Positions 19,935 to 28,970 of a stretch of DNA of 64,000 nucleotides are shown in pieces. The notes under the pieces were generated by a model, which was given only the letters and a program-made list of their open reading frames with translations, had not been told where the DNA came from and made no database searches. A program made the translations under genes and the position numbers. Position 1 is the stretch's first letter, and each line of letters opens with the position of its first letter. The DNA comes from an uncultured Deferribacteraceae bacterium (GTDB lineage: Bacteria > Chrysiogenota > Deferribacteres > CAMZNJ01). The stretch is taken from positions 1,306 through 65,305 of the forward strand of contig CAMZNS010000032.1 in the NCBI GenBank assembly GCA_947313855.1, read 5' to 3'.

Positions 19935-20291
19935 ATGAGTATTAAAAAATTTAACATCAAAGTTAACGGTAAAAATTATAATGTGGAAGTTGAAGAGATT
20001 GGAGGTGTGGCGTCAGCTCCCACACCCTCGGCACCTGTGGCGTCGGCACCTGTGTCCTCGGCACCCACTGGTGGCGGTGCAGGGGGAATTACCGCACCCA
20101 TGCCAGGGAATATTATCGAAATAAATGTTAAGGTTGGCGACACTGTTGCCCCTGGAGATATTATTCTTGTTCTTGAGGCGATGAAAATGAAGAACAATAT
20201 TACTGCTCCCTCTGGTGGTACCGTTCAGGCTGTCAATATTAAGGCTGGCGATACTGTTGCCACTGGCGAGGTGCTTGTTAGCATCGGCTAA
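19935..20291 (+). CDS. mmdC: Biotin carboxyl carrier subunit
   Basis: VNGKNYNVEVEE, Ala/Pro linker, APMPG, biotinylation motif EAMKM. Confidence 0.92.
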   Translation: MSIKKFNIKVNGKNYNVEVEEIGGVASAPTPSAPVASAPVSSAPTGGGAGGITAPMPGNIIEINVKVGDTVAPGDIILVLEAMKMKNNITAPSGGTVQAVNIKAGDTVATGEVLVSIG

Positions 20292-20348
20292 CGAGCTAAT
20301 GTTTCACCAAATTATCCATTTCAACAGGGCTTGCCCTTTAGATGAGGT

Positions 20349-21509
20349 TTGATTCTTATGTCTGTGTTTATAAATTACTTTCAGTCAACAGGTGTTTTCA
20401 ACCTAGGTGTTGGGGACATGATAATGTTGTCCATCTCCCTACTCTTGCTGTACCTTGCAATACGCAAGCAGTTTGAGCCCCTTCTGCTTCTTCCCATAGC
20501 TTTTGGGATGATGCTTGCGAACCTCCCCCTTAGCGGTATCACCGATCTTCCCATCCCCGGCATGAACGGCAACCATGGTACTCCTGGCGGCTTGCTCTAC
20601 TACCTTTACCTCGGTGATGAGCTCGGTATCTTCCCGCCACTAATTTTCTTGGGTATCGGTGCTATGACCGATTTCGGTCCTTTGCTTGCTGCTCCCCGCT
20701 CTTTATTTATCGGTGCGGCTGCACAGTTCGGCATATTTATCACCTTCTTTGGAGCTGTTCTTCTTGGTTTCACCGCTCAGGAGGCTGCCACCATCGGCAT
20801 TATTGGCGGTGCCGACGGTCCCACCACCATCTACCTTTCATCCAAACTTGCTCCGACCATATTGGCGTCCGTGGCTGTTGCTGCTTACTCCTACATGGCA
20901 CTTGTTCCCCTCATTCAGCGTCCCATCATGGCCGCTCTCACCACGGAAAAGGAGCGTGTTATCCCCATGGCTCAGCTTCGCCAAGTGAGCAAGCTTGAGA
21001 AGATACTGTTCCCTATTGTTGTTACCATTATCGTCTCCCTCCTTGTTCCCGCTGCTACAACCCTTGTTGGTATGCTTATGCTTGGTAACCTGTTCCGCGA
21101 ATCGGGTGTTGTGGCTCGTTTGACCAACGTTTCCGAGAATGCACTCATTAATATCGTAACCATATTCTTAGGTTTGTCTGTTGGTAGCTCCGCGTCTGCC
21201 GAGTACTTCCTCACGCTGGATACCCTGAAGATACTACTTCTTGGTGTTTTTGCTTTCTCCGTTGGTAGTGCCACGGGGATTATTATTGTGAAGATTATGA
21301 ACCTATTCTTGAAGACCCCCATCAACCCCTTAATCGGTAGTGCTGGCGTCTCAGCAGTCCCCATGGCCGCACGTGTCTCCCAAGAGATGGGGCAACGTTA
21401 CTCGCCATCCAACTTCCTACTGATGCACGCTATCGGTCCTAATGTTGCCGGTGTTATCGGTAGTGCCGTTGTTGCTGGTACGTTCCTGAGCTTATACTCC
21501 TTGGTATAA
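20349..21509 (+). CDS. mmdB: Na+-translocating decarboxylase beta subunit
   Basis: [58 protein letters not shown]. Confidence 0.95.
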   Translation: MILMSVFINYFQSTGVFNLGVGDMIMLSISLLLLYLAIRKQFEPLLLLPIAFGMMLANLPLSGITDLPIPGMNGNHGTPGGLLYYLYLGDELGIFPPLIFLGIGAMTDFGPLLAAPRSLFIGAAAQFGIFITFFGAVLLGFTAQEAATIGIIGGADGPTTIYLSSKLAPTILASVAVAAYSYMALVPLIQRPIMAALTTEKERVIPMAQLRQVSKLEKILFPIVVTIIVSLLVPAATTLVGMLMLGNLFRESGVVARLTNVSENALINIVTIFLGLSVGSSASAEYFLTLDTLKILLLGVFAFSVGSATGIIIVKIMNLFLKTPINPLIGSAGVSAVPMAARVSQEMGQRYSPSNFLLMHAIGPNVAGVIGSAVVAGTFLSLYSLV

Positions 21510-21523
21510 AGAGGTACTCTTTT

Positions 21524-22603
21524 ATGACTGTTAGTGTTAGAAACGATGCAAAAAGAATACTCATCTTTAACCCCTCGTTCCTTGGCGACACTGTGCTGAT
21601 GACCCCATTGGCACAGTGTCTTAGTACCCTCTACAAGGATTCCGAAATATGGATCTGTGTTCGCCCCGAAAGCAAGCCTTTAGTGGACAACATACCCGCT
21701 GTTCACGGCGTCATTGTTTACGACAAACGGAACAAACAGAAGGGGTTTGCAAAATCTATCGCATTTATCAAAACACTTCGCAGCTACAACTTCCATCTTG
21801 TTTTAGGACTACACCTCTCATTTCGCTCAACATACATCATACGGGGACTAAAATCAGAATCCACCACCACTGTTGGGTTCCACGAAGGCGTAATGTCCAA
21901 AACCTACGACTTCCGTACAGCAAAATACACCGACGACGCCAAACATGAAGTTGAACGTTACCTCAACATTATCCGCTGCCTTGTCACCCCAAACTCGTTT
22001 CAAATGGCGGACGCCAAAGAACTGGCAGGCAAATGCCAAGTCTCCATCGACACCACCCTCGCCAACAACATCACAGAATACGTCGCAACCCTCAAACACA
22101 GCACCCTCGTAGGCATTGCACCCTTCTCCGCATGGAAAACCAAAGAATGGCCCATGGAAGGATACGCTTGGCTCGCACGACAACTAACTCTACAAGGACA
22201 CCTTGTGTTCCTATTCGGCGAAACCCGACACACGATTCAGGGTGAAGAGTTTCTGAAGCTGTGCATGGTCGATGTGGTCAACCTCATCGGCGTTGTGGAT
22301 ATTCAGGGTGCCGCAACATACATCCAAGCCCTCGACCTGCTGATTACCAACGACACCGCACCCATGCATATTGCCGCGGCTGTTGACACCCACGTTGTTG
22401 CCATGTTCGGACCAACCGTCCCCCACCTAGGCTTCCTCCCCTACACCGACAAATACACCCTCTTCGAAAACATCAACATCAACTGTCGCCCCTGCACCAT
22501 GCACGGTTCCGAGCTTTGCCCGCAAGGACACTTCAAATGCATGGAAGATATCCACCCACAGCGCGTCTACAACGCTGCCCAAGAGGTTTTGAGCCATGTC
22601 TAA
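21524..22603 (+). CDS. waaF: LPS heptosyltransferase, GT9 family (WaaF-like)
   Basis: FLGDTVLMTP, HEVERY, WKTKEWP, ITNDTAPMHIAAA, FGPT, CRPC..HG...CP.GHFKCM. Confidence 0.8.
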   Translation: MTVSVRNDAKRILIFNPSFLGDTVLMTPLAQCLSTLYKDSEIWICVRPESKPLVDNIPAVHGVIVYDKRNKQKGFAKSIAFIKTLRSYNFHLVLGLHLSFRSTYIIRGLKSESTTTVGFHEGVMSKTYDFRTAKYTDDAKHEVERYLNIIRCLVTPNSFQMADAKELAGKCQVSIDTTLANNITEYVATLKHSTLVGIAPFSAWKTKEWPMEGYAWLARQLTLQGHLVFLFGETRHTIQGEEFLKLCMVDVVNLIGVVDIQGAATYIQALDLLITNDTAPMHIAAAVDTHVVAMFGPTVPHLGFLPYTDKYTLFENININCRPCTMHGSELCPQGHFKCMEDIHPQRVYNAAQEVLSHV

Positions 22604-23759
22604 CAACAACTGCAACTACGACAACAATTCCCATCGAAACAGTGCCGAACAACACGATCCCATGTCGCCCAACCTCCTCTTCATCCGATTCAGCTCCCTT
22701 GGCGATGTACTCCTCACAACAGGGATCATCAAAGCCGCCCACGAAGCCCTCCCCCACGCAACAATCTCAGTCATCACCAAAAGCGAATACTACCACATTT
22801 ACGACGCATGCCCATTTGTGGACAACATCTACACCATACCCAACGGTGTCAGGTTCACCTCCTACCGCCGCCTGCTCCGCCATATCCGCGACAATATCAC
22901 CTTCCACTACATCATCGACCTACACAGCAACACTCGCTCCCACATGCTCGGCATCTGTTTCCGTTCCGCTCGTCTCAAGAAATACAAAAAGAATAGCTTC
23001 GCACGACGTCTCTACGCTAAAACCAAGATAAAGCTTCCCAGTATCGGTAAACATGTTGTTCAGAAGTATTACGCCTGCCTCTACACCACCCTTAAACCCC
23101 TACACAACAGCATTCCTGAGGGGAAACTGCCCCACCCTAAACAGGTCTCCCTCGAGTACCTTGCCCCCCATATCCACAGCGTTGGCAAGCTGAGTAAGGA
23201 GGTTCTCAAGGAGGTGTCGAAATTTTCCGATCAGAGTCGTCCATCGGTTGTTCTAGCCCCTTTTGCGAGCAAGCACACAAAACATATTCAGAATTATACA
23301 CATATTATGCGTAGCCTTGCCGCTGATTACAATGTTGTTCTTGTTGGCGTTTCACACGACTACTCCCCGCTGGACATGACCCTGTATGCCCCCAACAACA
23401 CCACAACTATTGTTGATCTTGTGGGGCGTCTTGAGATCCCCGACCTACTCCAGATTATCAGTACTGCGAACGTCGTTGTTAGTGCCGATTCGGGTATCAC
23501 CCATGCTGCTTCAGCGTTGCAGATCCCCCTTGTGACACTATTTTGCGGAACGGATACGCTCCTTGGGTTTGCCCCGTCGTATGGTATTTACGAAATCCTC
23601 GAGATAAACACCCTGAGCTGTCGTCCATGCAGTATTCATGGTAGGTCTAAGTGTAAGCTTGGCGATTTCCCCTGCTCGACCGGCATCACCCCCGCCATGG
23701 TTATGGAGACGGTTTCCCATGTTATTCAATATAAATATAGGGCACACATGCCGTCCTAG
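22596..23759 (+). CDS. Glycosyltransferase family 9 (second heptosyltransferase)
   Basis: IRFSSLGDVLLT, IDLHSNTRS, SADSGITHAA, CRPCSIHGRSKC. Confidence 0.85.
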   Translation: MSNNNCNYDNNSHRNSAEQHDPMSPNLLFIRFSSLGDVLLTTGIIKAAHEALPHATISVITKSEYYHIYDACPFVDNIYTIPNGVRFTSYRRLLRHIRDNITFHYIIDLHSNTRSHMLGICFRSARLKKYKKNSFARRLYAKTKIKLPSIGKHVVQKYYACLYTTLKPLHNSIPEGKLPHPKQVSLEYLAPHIHSVGKLSKEVLKEVSKFSDQSRPSVVLAPFASKHTKHIQNYTHIMRSLAADYNVVLVGVSHDYSPLDMTLYAPNNTTTIVDLVGRLEIPDLLQIISTANVVVSADSGITHAASALQIPLVTLFCGTDTLLGFAPSYGIYEILEINTLSCRPCSIHGRSKCKLGDFPCSTGITPAMVMETVSHVIQYKYRAHMPS

Positions 23760-23924
23760 GAGACGGTTTCCATACGGTTTCCATACGGTTCCCATATTGT
23801 TCCCATATTATTCAATATAAATATAGGGCACACATGCCGTCCTAGGAGACGGTTTCCATACGGTTCCCATACGGTTCCCATACGGTTCCCATATTGTTCA
23901 ATATAAATATAGGGCACACATGCC
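23705..23924. repeat. Triplication of the GT9 gene 3' end with nested 11-bp repeats
   Basis: GGAGACGGTTTCC...TTCAATATAAATATAGGGCACACATGCC occurs three times; copies 2 and 3 contain CCATACGGTT(T/C) expansions. Confidence 0.92.
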
Positions 23925-23947
23925 TATTAATCCACATTTTGCCCCTT

Positions 23948-23978
23948 CCCTATTGCCCTATTGCCCTATTGCCCTATT
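23948..23978. repeat. 8-bp tandem repeat CCCTATTG, about 4 copies
   Basis: Read directly. Confidence 0.85.
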
Positions 23979-24099
23979 TGATAAATTTCCCTTGATTTTT
24001 TTTGCAATACTCTTTATAGTTATTAACTAGTGATTATTAGTTTGATTTTTCAAACAAACTGTACTATTTTATACATAGGTGCTGTTTATTATTTTTTTT

Positions 24100-24173
24100 C
24101 GGGGCGTGGCGCAGCCTGGTAGCGTGCACCCTTGGGGTGGGTGAGGTCGCTGGTTCAAATCCAGTCGTTCCGA
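24100..24173 (+). tRNA. tRNA-Pro (GGG), CCA not encoded
   Basis: Acceptor CGGGGCG/CGTTCCG with discriminator A; D-arm GCGCAGCCTGGTAGCGT; anticodon arm CACCC-TTGGGGT-GGGTG; T-arm GCTGG-TTCAAAT-CCAGT. Confidence 0.95.
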
Positions 24174-24331
24174 TTTATTTTAAAAAATAGTTAATTGCAA
24201 ACATAGTAACCGTTTAAATTAAAAAATAAAAAATATTGCAGATACTTGTTAAGTTTTTGAATATTGCTACGATATACTAATTGTAGACACCACTCCACTC
24301 GCCTTGAGCCCTGTAGCATGGAGGCTATCTT

Positions 24332-25411
24332 ATGAAAACAACAACCCTTACGCTGTTTGCCGTTATCCTAGTGCTCGTATTCTCTCCACTAACCGCAAAA
24401 GCAACCTTTATCGCCCCCACTGCAACCATAAACAAAAAAACCACCCTCGGTCCCAACGTACAAATACTCGATTATGTCAGAATTTCCAAATCGGCAAAGG
24501 TGCTCGACAGTGCCTCAATTGAAGGGTTCTCCGAAATAGGCAAAAAAGTTGTCATTCGCAATAACGCCATCGTCTCTGGAAGCTCACGGGTGCTCAGTGG
24601 CTCCACTGTATCCAATAACGCCAAAATCCTCAACAACAGCTATGTCAAAGACGAATCCTCTGTCGCCGGATCCAGCACCATCGATGGCACATCATCCATC
24701 GAATCCCAATCACGCATATTCGGCAGTGTATCGATTAGTGGTAGCGTCCGTGTTATTCAAAAATCCACTGTCCGAGACAAAGCCACCGTACAAGACTCTG
24801 TTATTGTCAAAAAAGGCTCCACCGTACGAGACAATGCCCGCGTAAGCGGTAGTGCCGTTATCGACAAACGATCCATCATCAGAGACAACAGTACTGTTGG
24901 CGGTACTAGTCGCGTACGCGGTGCCATCATCCAAAACAACGTCGCACTCTACAACGCCTCCTTCGTAAACGGCAGATCCGTGGTCATCAAAGACTACGCC
25001 ACACTCTACGACTACGCATATGTTGCCCACAACGCCTCTGTTGCAGGACGTGCCACACTCCGTGACAGCGTTCGCGTTCTCAACAATGCCAAAATATACG
25101 ACATGGCAACACTCTCAAACTCCGCTGAAGTTCGCGACAATGCCAAAGTTTACGGCAAAGCCTCCCTAAGCGGTAGCACCATCGTTGAACAAAATGCCAC
25201 CGTCTCCGGCAATGCACAAATTATCGGCAATGTTCGTATCTCCGGCAATGCAAAAGTATCCGGCAATGCACAACTCTCCGGCAACCTTATCATCACTGGT
25301 GATGCTGTGATTACTGGTGATGCTATCATTAGTGGCACGATGGTTATTCGCTCAGGAACTATTACCGACCGGTACACAGGCGAATTCGTTCGGAGCTTTA
25401 CACCGCAGTAA
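24332..25411 (+). CDS. Secreted hexapeptide-repeat (left-handed beta-helix-like) protein
   Basis: Signal peptide ending AKA; the whole mature chain has [VI]xxx[AS]x periodicity (VSGNAQIIGNVRISGNAKV); GGAGG RBS. Confidence 0.75.
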   Translation: MKTTTLTLFAVILVLVFSPLTAKATFIAPTATINKKTTLGPNVQILDYVRISKSAKVLDSASIEGFSEIGKKVVIRNNAIVSGSSRVLSGSTVSNNAKILNNSYVKDESSVAGSSTIDGTSSIESQSRIFGSVSISGSVRVIQKSTVRDKATVQDSVIVKKGSTVRDNARVSGSAVIDKRSIIRDNSTVGGTSRVRGAIIQNNVALYNASFVNGRSVVIKDYATLYDYAYVAHNASVAGRATLRDSVRVLNNAKIYDMATLSNSAEVRDNAKVYGKASLSGSTIVEQNATVSGNAQIIGNVRISGNAKVSGNAQLSGNLIITGDAVITGDAIISGTMVIRSGTITDRYTGEFVRSFTPQ

Positions 25412-25467
25412 AAAGTCTCGCAACGCCGTCGATTATCAGTCGTAATGAGCAATACTGTTGCGAACAA

Positions 25468-25568
25468 CACACCGCCTCCCGCACCGCCTCCCACACCGCC
25501 TCCCGCACCGCCTCCCACACCGCCGCTCACACCGCCTCCCACACCGCCGCTCACACCGCCGCCCACAC
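25468..25568. repeat. 12-bp tandem repeat (A/G)CACCGCC(TCCC/GCTC), about 8 copies
   Basis: Read directly. Confidence 0.9.
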
Positions 25569-25626
25569 TGAGAGCTAATAACATCAAATAATCGTACTGA
25601 ATTGTGACAGTACTAGGGGTTTTCGT

Positions 25627-26781
25627 ATGCCTTACAGCGATGAGCGTAACCAGCATGAACATAGCCATAGCCATAACCATAACCATAGTAATCGTGGCGA
25701 ACTTGTGTCCAGCCTCCTACCTGTGCACATCGTTCATACTGCCGACACACTCTCCACAGCGATGGCTCATGCCGTCATGGAGCACATAACGCGTATGGTT
25801 CATGAGAGCTCGACCGTGAACGCACCCGTGAACACACCCGCGAACACGAGCTCGCCCGTGAACAACACACCCGTGAGCACGAGCTCGCCAACAAATAGCA
25901 CTGATAACACTAGCAACACTGACAGTCGCATTGTTGTCCACCAATGTATTCGCGACTACGACTTCTTCCAACATATCACACATATTGCCACCAGCATTGC
26001 CAATCCATCCGTTAATGGGTCTATCATCGCAATCGACATGCACGGGATTCAGAGCTTCCACGCCGCCGTTGCTGTGCCCGGAATAGTTTCTGCACAGTGC
26101 TACGACGAGTTTACCAGCCAAATGACACGTGCACACAATGATGCCAAATGTATTACCCTTGCGTCGTCCATACTGTCGCCAAGCCTAGGGAGTCGCATTG
26201 CTGAGTTGTTCCTTACGACAGAGTTTGAGGGTGGGCGACATGCCGACAGGTTGAGGCTTCTTCATGGCATCCGGAGCAGTGCGACCGCGACCGCGACCGC
26301 AACCGCAACCGCAACCGCAACCGCAACCGCAACCGCAACCGCAACCGCAACCACGTTGATTGCCATCGGTTGCGATCACAGTGCACTCCAACACAAGAAT
26401 GAGATTAAGGCATACATCGAAGGGATGACGGTTCCGGGTAGCTCGAGTCATGTTTGCAAAGTTGTGGATGTTGGCACAAATACCACTGAAAGTGTACATT
26501 ACCCGAACTATGGGGAGGCAGTGGGTCGCTTGGTTGCCTCAGGCGAGGTTCACCTAGGGATTGTAATTTGTGGCACAGGTGTGGGGATAGTGAATGCTGC
26601 GAGCAAGGTTGATGGCGTGCGTAGCACCCTAGCGTTACACCCTAGCACGGCATACATTTCGCAATCGATGTACAGCTGCAACGTACTCGCCATAGGTGCA
26701 CGTACGACAGGTGTGGGTGTGGCGTTGGAGCTTGTTGAGTCGTTTGTTACGTCATGGCACCAGTATCGCCTAGCCCACTAG
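25627..26781 (+). CDS. Fused LacA-LacB (galactose-6-phosphate isomerase, RpiB family) with His-rich N-terminus and (AT)12 linker
   Basis: Domain 1 is LacA-like (IDMHGIQSF, DEFTSQMTRAHNDA, FEGGRH); domain 2 is LacB-like (IAIGCDH, HYPNYGEAVG, ICGTGVGI.NAASKV.GVRS). Confidence 0.78.
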   Translation: MPYSDERNQHEHSHSHNHNHSNRGELVSSLLPVHIVHTADTLSTAMAHAVMEHITRMVHESSTVNAPVNTPANTSSPVNNTPVSTSSPTNSTDNTSNTDSRIVVHQCIRDYDFFQHITHIATSIANPSVNGSIIAIDMHGIQSFHAAVAVPGIVSAQCYDEFTSQMTRAHNDAKCITLASSILSPSLGSRIAELFLTTEFEGGRHADRLRLLHGIRSSATATATATATATATATATATATATTLIAIGCDHSALQHKNEIKAYIEGMTVPGSSSHVCKVVDVGTNTTESVHYPNYGEAVGRLVASGEVHLGIVICGTGVGIVNAASKVDGVRSTLALHPSTAYISQSMYSCNVLAIGARTTGVGVALELVESFVTSWHQYRLAH

Positions 26782-26859
26782 AGCTAACTTGGTTAGTGCA
26801 TCAGCTACGGCGATGGCGTCGTCATGGCACCAGTATCGCCTAGCCCACTAGAGCTAACT
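26750..26859. repeat. 40-bp perfect direct repeat separated by a 30-bp unique spacer
   Basis: CGTCATGGCACCAGTATCGCCTAGCCCACTAGAGCTAACT at 26750-26789 and 26820-26859. Confidence 0.95.
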
Positions 26860-27657
26860 AAACGGCCAGAGCCAGTCTACAACTTTGCTGAATAGCCCTG
26901 TGTTCCTCGTATCAGAGATCATCCCTTTCCCGGAGTAGCTAATCTGTGCGTTAGCGATATTTTGCGATGAAACCACGTTGTTTGCGTTAATATCTTTGGG
27001 ACGAATCAGTCCTCGAATGGACATTATCTGCTTCTCATTATCCACAACAATTTCACGGTGCCCTTCAATTACCAGATTGCCTGATGGTAGTACTCGCAAA
27101 ACTGTTGCTGCGATTGTTGCCTGTATCTGATCTTGCCTTGTGTTTGAGCCTTGCCCGGCAAAAGATGACGTGTACTGCGTGCCTAGGTTTGGCGAAAAGC
27201 CCACTCCACTGCCGAGGAAGTTTGTTATGCCAAGGTCGAGTGGCAGTCCTCCCAGTGCTGTTGCCGAGGCTCCCACGGATGAGGTTTTCCCCGTTGTTGC
27301 ACTCCCTGTGTTGGTTGCGGATGATGATTCTGAAATGATTACGGTAATAAGGTCGCCCACTTGTCGTCCTTTGTAGTCGGCAAACAGGTCGCTTTTGTAT
27401 TCGTTATTTGCCCACAGTGATGCTGTACGCGAGGATTTTTGTGCAACTTGGTTATCGTAGTCTTCCATGAGAGCCACGTAGTCCACGGATGGTTCGAATG
27501 CCACACTGTCTGTGTTTACGCGGGCACATCCCCCCAGTGGCAATAGCATCAGCGACGCCAACGCAACCGATGCAAGCACAGAAACCTTTTTCAGATTCAT
27601 CGTAGGTGTATGGTTGGTTATGGTTTGTGGGATGGTAGTAGTTTTTGTGTTAATCAT
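26854..27657 (-). CDS. flgH: Flagellar L-ring protein
   Basis: Lipobox LGGC, LFADYKGRQVGDLITVII.E, VLPSGNLVIEG, RGLIRP.DI...N.V.S..IANAQISY.G.G, C-terminal WPF; alternative start at 27600. Confidence 0.95.
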   Translation of the reverse strand: MINTKTTTIPQTITNHTPTMNLKKVSVLASVALASLMLLPLGGCARVNTDSVAFEPSVDYVALMEDYDNQVAQKSSRTASLWANNEYKSDLFADYKGRQVGDLITVIISESSSATNTGSATTGKTSSVGASATALGGLPLDLGITNFLGSGVGFSPNLGTQYTSSFAGQGSNTRQDQIQATIAATVLRVLPSGNLVIEGHREIVVDNEKQIMSIRGLIRPKDINANNVVSSQNIANAQISYSGKGMISDTRNTGLFSKVVDWLWPFS

Positions 27658-27868
27658 AGGCGTACCCTTATGTTATAATCTCATGGTTTTCATATTAGCA
27701 ACCCCCCTCACAGAAGCCTATGAGAGGGGTTAGTGGTTTATCCTAATAGCGGATGTTGTGTTTTTGAGTAATAATTTTAACAGCAAGTGTTTGTGGTAAA
27801 AGTTAGTATGAAGTCGTCACTTGCGTACTGTAGAGCTTTTGGGCAACAGTTGAAGGTTCTTGTTCTGT

Positions 27869-27961
27869 TTAGAGAACTTGGAACATGGAAAGAACATCAT
27901 CAATCTTAGTTGCAACTTGGTAGATTCCTGTGAAAATAATCACATTGATTATTGCTTTCAT
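27869..27961 (-). CDS. Putative 30-aa small protein MKAIINVIIFTGIYQVATKIDDVLSMFQVL (not in the ORF track)
   Basis: ATG preceded by AAGGGTG; first ORF downstream of a consensus sigma54 site. Confidence 0.35.
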   Translation of the reverse strand: MKAIINVIIFTGIYQVATKIDDVLSMFQVL

Positions 27962-28019
27962 AATGCACACCCTTCGTTTTATTTTGATAAATAAAACTTA
28001 TGTAATATGCATAGTAAGT

Positions 28020-28036
28020 AGCAACAAGCATGCCAA
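28020..28036 (-). promoter_or_regulatory. sigma54 (-24/-12) promoter directed toward the small ORF and flgH
   Basis: Minus strand TTGGCATGCTTGTTGCT, exact GG-N10-GC spacing; rpoN is present in the window. Confidence 0.7.
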
Positions 28037-28147
28037 CTTCGGACTATGGTGCTAATTTTTTGGGGATAAGTTGTTGATGAGGGGTTAAACCCTCCATAGA
28101 TAAAGGGTTTCGGGTGGTAGCTAAGTTTTGTGAATTATGTAGACGTG

Positions 28148-28381
28148 TTAATCTTTGGTATGTTTTTTACGCAGTTGCTCCAACGCTGAGGAACTCTTTA
28201 CCTTCGTTGCCTGCCTATTTTCCTCCAAAACCATGTCAAATATCTCTTTACGCAAAATATGATACTTCATCGGAGCTTCAATACCCACTTTCACAGCATT
28301 GGCACTAATATCCACAATTTTGAACTCAATCAGCCCATCGATCATTATACTTTCGTTTAGCTTTCGTGACAGTACAAGCAT
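28148..28381 (-). CDS. csrA: Carbon storage regulator CsrA
   Basis: MLVLSRKLNESIMID...VKVGIEAP...ILRKEI; adjacent to fliW. Confidence 0.95.
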   Translation of the reverse strand: MLVLSRKLNESIMIDGLIEFKIVDISANAVKVGIEAPMKYHILRKEIFDMVLEENRQATKVKSSSALEQLRKKHTKD

Positions 28382-28438
28382 TGTTGCAAACACCTCTGAC
28401 GTTTCTAGTTTTTGTATCTGTACTTAGGGTACTGTGTG

Positions 28439-28894
28439 TTAGGCGAATATCTTTGTTCGCAGTCCGAGTGTTTCGTCATCCAAGACAAACTGCATGGCAA
28501 AGCGTTTTTCAAGGTTGAGGAGGATGGGTGCACGCATATTGACTGTAGCCTGTTCGATATTGGAGTGCATCCGTACTACTCCGAATAAGTTTAGGGAGTT
28601 TTTGTTGTTAGCATCCGCCTCGAGCACTTCGTAACATGAGTCTGGTATTTGTGGGTCGTAATCCACCCCTGAGCTTTGCATATCGAGTAGTATAAATATT
28701 AAGTCGGGCTCTTCAATGCACACAAGGCGGTAGAATGGCATCTCGCCATCGTTGCCCACAAGTAGGAACTGCCTACGGAATGGGTAGCCGATAATCGGTG
28801 CTGCAAAGTTCACGATATCGCTACGCGAGTAGTTTACTGATCCTAAGCCGTCTATCTCTATTTGGAATTTCTCTTCGACTACTTGACGAGACAT
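28439..28894 (-). CDS. fliW: Flagellar assembly factor FliW
   Basis: PIIGY...F.L, F..LDM..YDP, ATVNMRAPILLN; GGAGGA RBS; lies between flgL and csrA. Confidence 0.88.
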   Translation of the reverse strand: MSRQVVEEKFQIEIDGLGSVNYSRSDIVNFAAPIIGYPFRRQFLLVGNDGEMPFYRLVCIEEPDLIFILLDMQSSGVDYDPQIPDSCYEVLEADANNKNSLNLFGVVRMHSNIEQATVNMRAPILLNLEKRFAMQFVLDDETLGLRTKIFA

Positions 28895-28944
28895 CAATCC
28901 TCCACCATATTGATCCATTAAGCTTGTACAGTAGCAGTCCTATC

Positions 28945-28966
28945 CCGGTGAAATATTTGTCACCGG
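28945..28966 (-). terminator. Hairpin immediately after flgL (terminator or stability element)
   Basis: CCGGTGA-N8-TCACCGG inverted repeat; no clear U-tract. Confidence 0.3.
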
Positions 28967-28970
28967 TGCC

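Noticed and set aside
24100-26859. Genomic island integrated at tRNA-Pro
   Set aside because: No integrase and no duplicated tRNA 3' end were found downstream; horizontal origin of the two genes remains possible but unsupported.
27660-28140. CsrB/RsmZ-like sRNA next to csrA
   Set aside because: Only a few GGA motifs are present, not the repeated hairpin-loop GGA pattern, and FliW already provides CsrA antagonism.
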